Shown here: positions 54,163-62,231 of the stretch, piece by piece | Layout of the letters: each line of letters starts with the position of its first letter | Position numbering within the stretch: the first letter of the stretch is position 1 | Source of the DNA: an uncultured Bacteroidota bacterium | GTDB taxonomy: Bacteria; Bacteroidota; Bacteroidia; Flavobacteriales; Flavobacteriaceae | Direction: 5' to 3' | NCBI GenBank assembly: GCA_902520765.1 | Contig: CABYPG010000008.1 | Coordinates: forward strand, 4,859 to 68,858 | Length of the DNA: 64,000 bases | The notes under the pieces: model-generated | What the model was told of the DNA's origin: nothing | The model's database searches: none | The model's input: the letters and a program-made list of their open reading frames with translations, nothing else | Made by a program: the position numbers and the translations under genes

Positions 54163-55227
54163 TTATTGAATTACCTCTGCGAAAGTCTGCTGTTCAGACA
54201 TCCATTTAGCATATTCTTTTTTTGATTCTACAATTATTTTCATCTGCATGTTGTAGTGTGATGCACCACAAATTTTATTACAAAGTAAAAGAAAATCAAA
54301 TTCATATGGGTCTAAAGCGGCGTCGCCATCTAAAATTAATTCTTTACTTTTTTCTCTTCTTAATTTATTAATTTTTTTTACTTTGGAAATAATATCAGGA
54401 TCCTGACGCATTTCTTCTGTAGTCTTATTTGGTGTAAAAGCAAATTCTGTTATCATTCCTGGGACGCAATTCATTTGTGCCCTAAAAAATGGCATATAAG
54501 CCGAGTGTAAAACATCTTGTGATCTCATTTTGAAAATTACTTCTCTTCCGACAGGCAGGTGAAGTTCTTGCACTACTACATCATCAAAACCGTTTGGGTC
54601 AGTTGCATCAATTCCAACTAAATTTTTCCCATCAAAATCTTGTAAAAAACGTACGTTTGCATCCCCTAAAACACTATCTTCTCCGGCATACCTGGCTTTC
54701 CAATTAAATTGTTGGGCATAAAGCTCTACTACCAAGGCATCTTCATTTTCTTCGACAGTCATAATATCTGTCCAAGTGTAAAGGCCTACTAAAATCAATC
54801 CTGCTAAAACAATAACTGGGATTATAGTCCATATCGCTTCTAACTTATCGTTATCAGCATAAAATAATGCTTTTTTCCCTTTTTCTCCCCTGTATTTATA
54901 AGAGAAATAATGCAAAAGTGCTTGGGTAATCGTTTGAACAAAAAAGATGATAGCAAATGAAACCCACATTAAATTGTCGTAATCTAAACCGTGTTCTGAA
55001 GCTGCCTGAGGTAGCAAGACATCCCCATATGAAACAAATGAAAAAATTGTGATTCCATAGATGAAAATTAAAAATGCAAACATCAATTTACCATTCCAAT
55101 TATTATCGTTGTCATCGGCAATTTGAGTATAAATTTTCTTACCCTGAGACAGTTCAAATACTTTAGTCACCTGCCAGATCGCTATTGCAATTAAGATAAG
55201 AATGGAAAATGCTAATATTATATTCAT
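54163..55227 (-). CDS. ctaC: Cytochrome c oxidase subunit II (no fused cytochrome c domain)
   Basis: 354 aa with N-terminal TM helices and a cupredoxin domain carrying the CuA ligands H241, C316, C320, H324 and M327 (LLCNKICGASHYNM). It has no CxxCH motif. Confidence 0.9.
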   Translation of the reverse strand: MNIILAFSILILIAIAIWQVTKVFELSQGKKIYTQIADDNDNNWNGKLMFAFLIFIYGITIFSFVSYGDVLLPQAASEHGLDYDNLMWVSFAIIFFVQTITQALLHYFSYKYRGEKGKKALFYADNDKLEAIWTIIPVIVLAGLILVGLYTWTDIMTVEENEDALVVELYAQQFNWKARYAGEDSVLGDANVRFLQDFDGKNLVGIDATDPNGFDDVVVQELHLPVGREVIFKMRSQDVLHSAYMPFFRAQMNCVPGMITEFAFTPNKTTEEMRQDPDIISKVKKINKLRREKSKELILDGDAALDPYEFDFLLLCNKICGASHYNMQMKIIVESKKEYAKWMSEQQTFAEVIQ

Positions 55228-55239
55228 CTATTTTAATTA

Positions 55240-56652
55240 TTAGTAATGAAAATTTTTACTTTCTTCAACATACGGATCCCCATTTGCTAACAAAGGAGCT
55301 TTTGTTAATTCTTTAAAAACTGTAAATACAAATAGCCCTAAGAAAAATAAAAAACCCCCTATTTCAGGAATCCCAATAAACCATTTGTCCCCAACGGCAG
55401 ACGGCATAATCATATTGAATATATCTATGTAGTGGCCCAAGAGTATTACTATTCCTGCCATTACCACAAAATAATTCTTCCTTTTATAATCACTATTAAT
55501 AAGAACCAGCAATGGGAAAATAAAGTTCATTGCCAACATTCCAAAGAAGGGTAAATTATAATCTTCAATTCTAGAAATAAAATAAGTAACCTCCTCAGGG
55601 ATGTTAGAAAACCAAATCAGCATAAATTGTGAAAACCATAAATAAGTCCAAAAAATGCTAAAGCCAAACATAAATTTAGCCAGGTCGTGAATATGACTAT
55701 CATTTACAAATTCTAGATAGCCCCTCGATTTTAGATAAATTGTTATCAACGCAATAGCTGTAACACCAGAAACCACCATACTCGCAAAGACATACCATCC
55801 GAACAATGTACTAAACCAATGAGGGTCTATAGACATTATCCAATCCCAAGACATAATAGATTCTGTAATTATAAAGAATACCAAAAAAGCCGCAGAAATT
55901 CTAAAGTTTTTTTTATGATTTGAGGTGTCAGACGCATTGTCTTGGGCTAAAGAAAACTTTCTTGAAAAAAATCTATATAAAGACCAACCCCCAAGGAAAA
56001 ATATTGCCCTTGCTAAAAAGAAGGGCGTATTTAAATATCCAACCTTTCCTGCTATTAGTTTGTCATGAGCAACTACTTCAGGATCCATCCATATAAAAAG
56101 GTGATTTAAATGTAAACCCGAAAGAAACAAAATTACAATAACTATTATTCCCCCTGGTAACAAATAACCTGTTATACTTTCCATGACCCTAAAAAGGACT
56201 GGTGACCACCCTGCTTGAGCTGCACGTTGTATTCCATAGAATGCTAAAACACCTAGTGAAATCATAAAGAAGTAAAAAGCAGATACATAAAGAGCAGCCC
56301 AGGGCTTATTCGCCAGTTGATGGTAAACGTGTTCATCATGTTTTTTATCATGGCTTTCAGAATGGATTTCAGCATTTTTAAGTTTTGTATTTGAACTTAC
56401 ATGCATATCTCCATCGGTATAATTTGCTGCATCTTTGATATTTGGGGATGTTCCATGCAAGCCTGAACTATGCGCATTGTATTGGCCATCGTGATGATCA
56501 CCGTGGCTAGCTGCAATAATGGTTTTAGATTCCTCTATGTTTTTTGGTGCGCTCAAAAATCCATAGACCAAACCAAAAAAACCTGCTACCATCAAATAGA
56601 TGGATAGACTTTTAATTTTTTTCGGAAATATGTACATCATTTGCTTTTCCAT
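55240..56652 (-). CDS. actF: Alternative complex III subunit ActF (NrfD-like quinol:cytochrome c oxidoreductase membrane subunit)
   Basis: 470 aa polytopic membrane protein in the last position of the act cluster. It has a His-rich loop after TM1. Confidence 0.8.
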   Translation of the reverse strand: MEKQMMYIFPKKIKSLSIYLMVAGFFGLVYGFLSAPKNIEESKTIIAASHGDHHDGQYNAHSSGLHGTSPNIKDAANYTDGDMHVSSNTKLKNAEIHSESHDKKHDEHVYHQLANKPWAALYVSAFYFFMISLGVLAFYGIQRAAQAGWSPVLFRVMESITGYLLPGGIIVIVILFLSGLHLNHLFIWMDPEVVAHDKLIAGKVGYLNTPFFLARAIFFLGGWSLYRFFSRKFSLAQDNASDTSNHKKNFRISAAFLVFFIITESIMSWDWIMSIDPHWFSTLFGWYVFASMVVSGVTAIALITIYLKSRGYLEFVNDSHIHDLAKFMFGFSIFWTYLWFSQFMLIWFSNIPEEVTYFISRIEDYNLPFFGMLAMNFIFPLLVLINSDYKRKNYFVVMAGIVILLGHYIDIFNMIMPSAVGDKWFIGIPEIGGFLFFLGLFVFTVFKELTKAPLLANGDPYVEESKNFHY

Positions 56653-56653
56653 A

Positions 56654-57202
56654 TTACTTTTTAAGTTTTGTTCTTAATTCCATAACATGTTGTGCAATTT
56701 GCCATCGTTCTTCTGAATTAACCTGCCCAGCGTGCGATCCCATAGCATTTTTCCCATACATTAAAACATGGTAAATACTGCCAGGAGTTATTTCCCTATC
56801 TGCATAACTAGGAACGCCTAAAAACTTTTCTCTTGTCATCAAAATTCCTTGTCCATCACCTTTATTCCCATGGCAAACCGCACAGTAGATTCCATAAAGT
56901 TCCTTACCATTTTTAGAATTTGCATCACTAATTTCTAGTGGAGAAATTAGGTTTAATTTTGCACCGTCATATCCTTCATTTGTGTCAGGATAGTCATAAG
57001 GTTCCCAGCCTCTAGCTACCGTCCCTTCAACTGGCTTTTGAGCTTCAATACCGTTGTTAAAAGCATCCGATTCGGAGTAGGTTTCATAGCCAACAGACTC
57101 GTACATATTAGGAAAATATTGGTAATTCGGGCGAGATGGGTCTGCACAAGAGTTAAATAATATTCCAAGAAAAAAAAGGACAACAATAATTTTATTTTTC
57201 AT
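56654..57202 (-). CDS. actE: Alternative complex III subunit ActE (monohaem cytochrome c lipoprotein)
   Basis: 182 aa with a signal/lipobox (...LFNSC) and a single CAVCH haem motif with a downstream Met (GKNAMGSH). Confidence 0.85.
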   Translation of the reverse strand: MKNKIIVVLFFLGILFNSCADPSRPNYQYFPNMYESVGYETYSESDAFNNGIEAQKPVEGTVARGWEPYDYPDTNEGYDGAKLNLISPLEISDANSKNGKELYGIYCAVCHGNKGDGQGILMTREKFLGVPSYADREITPGSIYHVLMYGKNAMGSHAGQVNSEERWQIAQHVMELRTKLKK

Positions 57203-57733
57203 TTATTCTGATTTTTCAATTACAGAGACTTCAATAGCTCCTGATTTTTTTAAAAGAGTAGTAAGTCTTTTTTCATTATCATTAAGTTCAATCTCAACTA
57301 AAAACTTATCATCAGTAGTTAATGGATTAGGATTTTCTGCTTTTTTAAAAGGCCAAAGTTTACTTCTTAAATAGAACGTTATGACCATCAGGTGTGCAGC
57401 AAAAAATACAGTCATTTCAAACATAACAGGAACAAAAGAAGGCATATTTTCTAAAAAGCTGAAACTTGGCTTTCCACCAATATTTTGTGGCCAATCTTTT
57501 ATCATTATAAAGTCCATCATAAGAAATGCTACTATTAACCCAATACAGCCATAAATAAAAGCCATGATTGCGATTCTAGTCTCTTCGATTCCAAGTGCTT
57601 TATCAAGGCCATGAACTGGGAAAGGAGTATATACCTCTTCAATATCATACTTTTCAGCCCGAATGTTTTTGATTGCACTTAGTAAAACGTCATCGTCGTC
57701 GTAAATCCCATGTATAAACCTTTTACCACTCAT
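57203..57733 (-). CDS. actD: Alternative complex III subunit ActD (DUF3341)
   Basis: 176 aa with a soluble N-terminal domain and two TM helices. Its ATG shares one nucleotide with the actC stop codon (TAATG). Confidence 0.8.
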   Translation of the reverse strand: MSGKRFIHGIYDDDDVLLSAIKNIRAEKYDIEEVYTPFPVHGLDKALGIEETRIAIMAFIYGCIGLIVAFLMMDFIMIKDWPQNIGGKPSFSFLENMPSFVPVMFEMTVFFAAHLMVITFYLRSKLWPFKKAENPNPLTTDDKFLVEIELNDNEKRLTTLLKKSGAIEVSVIEKSE

Positions 57734-59118
57734 TACCTTGCGTCTCTTAATTTTTTATATTTCTCACCAGATGATTTAAGTATTGTCTTTACCTCAGCTT
57801 GGGCAATTACAGGGAAAGTTCTAGCATAGAGTAAAAATAAAACAAAGAAAAATCCAATTGTTCCAATGAATATACCTATGTCAACAAATGTCGGGGAAAA
57901 CATAGTCCATGAGGAAGGTAGATAGTCCCTATGAAGAGAGGTTACTATAATTACGAAGCGCTCGAACCACATTCCGATATTTACAACAATCGATATGATA
58001 AATGAAAACATGATGCTTGTTCTAAGTTTTTTAAACCACATAAATTGAGGAGAGAAAACGTTGCATGTCATCATTGCCCAGTAAGCCCACCAATAAGGAC
58101 CTGTGGCGCGATTCAAAAATGCATATTGTTCATACTCAACACCTGAATACCAAGCTATAAAAAGTTCAGTAATATATGCCACACCAACTATTGAACCTGT
58201 TATCATGATAACGATATTCATTAATTCTATATGCTGTACAGTAATATAATTTTCCAGATGTGATACTTTTCTCATAATTATAAGTAAAGTATTTACCATA
58301 GCAAATCCTGAAAATATTGCACCTGCAACAAAATATGGTGGAAAAATCGTTGTGTGCCAACCAGGAATAACAGATGTCGCAAAATCAAAAGATACAATAG
58401 TGTGTACAGAAAGAACTAACGGCGTGGCTAAACCCGCGAGAACTAGTGATACTTCCTCAAAACGCTGCCAGTCTTTAGCTCTTCCTGTCCATCCGAAACT
58501 TAATAGACTATAAATTTTCTTCTGAAAAGGGAGCACTGCTCGGTCCCTAATCATAGCAAAATCTGGTAGCAATCCTGTCCACCAGAAAACTAGTGAAACT
58601 GAAAGGTAAGTTGAGATAGCAAATACATCCCAAAGAAGAGGTGAATTAAAATTAACCCATAAAGATCCGAATCCATTAGGAATGGGTAAAACCCAGTAAG
58701 CTAGCCATGGTCTACCCATATGAATGATAGGAAATAATCCTGCCTGAACCACAGAAAAAATTGTCATAGCCTCAGCAGATCTGTTTATTGCCATTCTCCA
58801 TTTTTGTCTGAAAAGCAATAGTACAGCTGAAATTAAAGTCCCAGCATGACCAATTCCTACCCACCAAACAAAGTTGGTTATATCCCAAGCCCAACCGACT
58901 GTTTTATTAAGTCCCCAAGTACCTATGCCCGTAGAAATAGTATACACTATACAACCTACACCCCATAAAAATGCACTTAAAGCAATACCAAAAACAGTCC
59001 ACCATTGCATATTTGCGGCTCCCTCAACAGGTGCAGCAACGTCGATAGTAACATCGTGATATGATTTATCTCCTGTTACAAGTGGTTTTCTTATTGGTGC
59101 TTCGTAATGTAATGCCAT
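57733..59118 (-). CDS. actC: Alternative complex III subunit ActC (NrfD/PsrC-like quinol-binding membrane subunit)
   Basis: 461 aa with about 10 TM helices and a polysulfide reductase NrfD-type composition. Confidence 0.85.
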   Translation of the reverse strand: MALHYEAPIRKPLVTGDKSYHDVTIDVAAPVEGAANMQWWTVFGIALSAFLWGVGCIVYTISTGIGTWGLNKTVGWAWDITNFVWWVGIGHAGTLISAVLLLFRQKWRMAINRSAEAMTIFSVVQAGLFPIIHMGRPWLAYWVLPIPNGFGSLWVNFNSPLLWDVFAISTYLSVSLVFWWTGLLPDFAMIRDRAVLPFQKKIYSLLSFGWTGRAKDWQRFEEVSLVLAGLATPLVLSVHTIVSFDFATSVIPGWHTTIFPPYFVAGAIFSGFAMVNTLLIIMRKVSHLENYITVQHIELMNIVIMITGSIVGVAYITELFIAWYSGVEYEQYAFLNRATGPYWWAYWAMMTCNVFSPQFMWFKKLRTSIMFSFIISIVVNIGMWFERFVIIVTSLHRDYLPSSWTMFSPTFVDIGIFIGTIGFFFVLFLLYARTFPVIAQAEVKTILKSSGEKYKKLRDAR

Positions 59119-59140
59119 ATTTTTAAATATCTATTGATTT

Positions 59141-62100
59141 TCAAACGTCTTCGGTATTTCTTACTTTAACTTGGTACATCACATTTGGTTTCGTTCCAAC
59201 ATGTTCCAACAAATGATACATACGATCGTCCTCGTGTAATTCTGCAACTTTACTTTCTTTATCGTTTATGTCTCCAAAAACCAAGGCTCCCGTATCACAG
59301 GCATTTGAACAAGCAGTTTGGAAAGTACCATCCTTGATTTCTTCACCCTTAAGTTTCGCATCTAAAATTGTCTTTTGAGTCATTTGTATACACAACGAGC
59401 ATTTTTCCATAACTCCTCTTGAGCGAACAACTACATCAGGATTGAGAACCATTCGGCCAAGATCATCATTCATATGATAATCAAACTCATCGTTTTTATT
59501 ATATAAGAACCAGTTAAAGCGCCGGACTTTGTAAGGACAATTATTTGCGCAATACCTAGTGCCAATGCATCTATTATATGCCATATGGTTTTGTCCCTGC
59601 CTGCCATGAGATGATGCTGCTACAGGGCACACTGTTTCACAAGGAGCGTGGTTACAATGTTGACACATTACTGGCATAAAAGCGACCTGTGGATTTTCTG
59701 CTGCCTGCTCCATTTTCCCAAATGTGGTTAATGAATCACCAATCCCAGAGATATTATCTTTTGTTTCGCTATCACCACTGAATGTATCGGCAGATGAATA
59801 ATAACGGTCAATTCGCAACCAATGCATATCCCTTGATTTTCTCACCTCTCGCTTACCAACTACAGGCACGTTATTTTCTGCATGGCAAGCGATAACACAG
59901 GCTCCACAGCCAGTGCAAGAATTTAAATCAATTGAGAGATTAAAATGATGCCCTATCGACCGATCGAATTCTTGCCACATATCGACTTCTTTTGAGGTAA
60001 CATCGAATTCAATATGGTTTTTGGAAACATGGGGCATTGGATTCCAATATTTTTTGTCTTTTGTATTGAAAATTTCCAAGGTTGTTTCCTTAATTATATC
60101 ACCCCTACCCATCAAGGTGTTATGTAGTTGAACACAAGCAAATTCGTGCACTCCTTCAACATTTGATATTTCTACAGGTTGTACATTCTTAAAGTCGTGG
60201 TAAAGGCTGTAAGCATTTACTCCTGTTTGCATTTCCTCCTTCAAGCCAATCCTTTCGCCATAACCAAAGGATAAACCAACAGTTCCTAAAGCTTGACCAG
60301 GTTGAATTATAATTGGGACTTTAAGACTTTTCTCTTTTACTTTTACAATTGCATAATTCCCATTAAGGGCTCCATTTGAAGTATTTGTATTTTTCAAACC
60401 GATTCTGTCTGCATCTGACTTGGATACAGTTAGATAATTATCCCAGCTGACTCTTGTGATTGGATCGGGAAATTCTTGTAGCCACGGATTATTTGCCTGT
60501 TGGCCGTCACCCATACCTATTTTAGAATATAATACAAGGCTCATCCCCTCTTTTTTTGATTCTCTAAGCTTTTCAATGTTAAGATTTGAAAAGTTTGGAG
60601 ATACTATTTTTTTTGATGCTGCTAAAGAAAAATATCCATCGTGCAATACTTTACTCCAAGAATTTGTCCCTAAAATTTCTTTTTCCCAGTGGGTTTTAAT
60701 TTCATCGTAAAACTTTAGATCTCTACCCATAAGCCTATTCAAAACATCTTGAAATTGTAGGGTGTTGAACAGGGGTCTAATTGTTGGCTGAGCTAATGCA
60801 AAATACCCAGGTTTAAATTCATAATCTCCCCATGATTCTAAATAGTGAGGTACAGCAGCTACAAATTGAGAAACTGAAGATGTTTCGTTGATAGTTGAAG
60901 TAAAGTTTAAAGAAAATTCTAAATTTTTTATAGCTTCAGAAAGAGCCCCGCCGTCAGGATAAGTAAAAACTGGATTCACCTCGACAGTAATAAGACCGTC
61001 TAGGTCTCCTTTCTCAATTTCTTTAAATAAAGCAAGTACTTCTTTTGTGTTACCCTGGCGAATTAGTTTCGGGCTTTGAGGATCAAAAGACTTACTATTG
61101 AGAAACGTATTAATAGCAAAAACAGCTGCTTGTGCATTTTCATCTTCAATGCCAGTTACTATGACTCCTTCAGAACCAAAATTTTTAAGTTCATCTATAG
61201 CTTTATCAGCTAATGGTTTTAATTTTTCTGACAATTGCCCTGGTAATCCAAGAATTAAATTATCATATATATAAGCTAAAATGTTTTTTTGATCCGATGG
61301 GGTACAAGGTAAACGATAATCTGCGTTGGCCCCTGTCAAAGACATGTTTGATTCAAATTGAAAATGCTTTGACATACTAGCTTTTTTATCTTTTTTGAGA
61401 GGTATTCTTGACTTAGCGTATCCTGATTCATAACCTCCACCCTGCCAATCTTCAAGAAAATTTGCACCAATAGAAACAACTATTTTTGATTTGGAAAAAT
61501 CATAATCTGCCAAAGCTCTTTGTCCATAAAAAGTTTCAAATGCATTAAGAGCTGAATCGTAGGATATATTGTCATGTATTACATGGCGAATATTTGGGAA
61601 TAATTTGTTAAATCTTGATATGATTTTTTTTGTTGTTGGGCTTGGTATAGTAGGGGTTAAAAGAACTACATTCTTATTGACCTGAGCCATCGCTTTTATT
61701 CTATTTTCAACCTGAACACAAAGATTTTCCCATGACACTTCTTTGCCAAATGCTAAAGGCCCTTTTAAACGCATATTATCATACAAAGAAAGTACAGAGG
61801 CATGAACTCGAGCATTTGCAGAACCAAGTGTTGGTGCATCCGGATTACTTTCTATTTTTATTGGTCTACCTTCTCTTGTTTTAATTAATATACTTGCAAA
61901 ATCATAACCATCTGCCATAGTGGTGGCATAGTAATTAGCAATTCCGGGGCGAATTTGTTCTGGTTGGAATACATAAGGAACTGAATTAATAACAGGACCT
62001 TCACAAGCTGCTATTGTTGCCACAGCAGTGGTGAATCCAGCATATTTCAGAAAATCTCTCCGAGAGGTATTGCTTTTATCAAGTGTCTCTTCATCACTTA

Positions 62101-62212
62101 AAAAATCTTCGGGAAGTTTTGAGACGAATTCATTATGTTCTAGCTTCTTTAAATCCTCACTAGAAGAATTTATCTGATCTATGCTTTTCCAATATGTTTT
62201 ATTCAACGCCAT
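59141..62212 (-). CDS. actB: Alternative complex III subunit ActB (molybdopterin-like domain fused to Fe-S domain)
   Basis: 1023 aa with a twin-arginine motif SRRDFLKY followed by the lipobox IAAC. It has a large MopB-like domain and a C-terminal ferredoxin-type domain with clusters (CTGCGACVIACHAENN, CQHCNHAPCETVCPV, CIGTRYCANNCPY). Confidence 0.9.
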   Translation of the reverse strand: MALNKTYWKSIDQINSSSEDLKKLEHNEFVSKLPEDFLSDEETLDKSNTSRRDFLKYAGFTTAVATIAACEGPVINSVPYVFQPEQIRPGIANYYATTMADGYDFASILIKTREGRPIKIESNPDAPTLGSANARVHASVLSLYDNMRLKGPLAFGKEVSWENLCVQVENRIKAMAQVNKNVVLLTPTIPSPTTKKIISRFNKLFPNIRHVIHDNISYDSALNAFETFYGQRALADYDFSKSKIVVSIGANFLEDWQGGGYESGYAKSRIPLKKDKKASMSKHFQFESNMSLTGANADYRLPCTPSDQKNILAYIYDNLILGLPGQLSEKLKPLADKAIDELKNFGSEGVIVTGIEDENAQAAVFAINTFLNSKSFDPQSPKLIRQGNTKEVLALFKEIEKGDLDGLITVEVNPVFTYPDGGALSEAIKNLEFSLNFTSTINETSSVSQFVAAVPHYLESWGDYEFKPGYFALAQPTIRPLFNTLQFQDVLNRLMGRDLKFYDEIKTHWEKEILGTNSWSKVLHDGYFSLAASKKIVSPNFSNLNIEKLRESKKEGMSLVLYSKIGMGDGQQANNPWLQEFPDPITRVSWDNYLTVSKSDADRIGLKNTNTSNGALNGNYAIVKVKEKSLKVPIIIQPGQALGTVGLSFGYGERIGLKEEMQTGVNAYSLYHDFKNVQPVEISNVEGVHEFACVQLHNTLMGRGDIIKETTLEIFNTKDKKYWNPMPHVSKNHIEFDVTSKEVDMWQEFDRSIGHHFNLSIDLNSCTGCGACVIACHAENNVPVVGKREVRKSRDMHWLRIDRYYSSADTFSGDSETKDNISGIGDSLTTFGKMEQAAENPQVAFMPVMCQHCNHAPCETVCPVAASSHGRQGQNHMAYNRCIGTRYCANNCPYKVRRFNWFLYNKNDEFDYHMNDDLGRMVLNPDVVVRSRGVMEKCSLCIQMTQKTILDAKLKGEEIKDGTFQTACSNACDTGALVFGDINDKESKVAELHEDDRMYHLLEHVGTKPNVMYQVKVRNTEDV

Positions 62213-62231
62213 AAGCTTTTCTTAACTTCAT

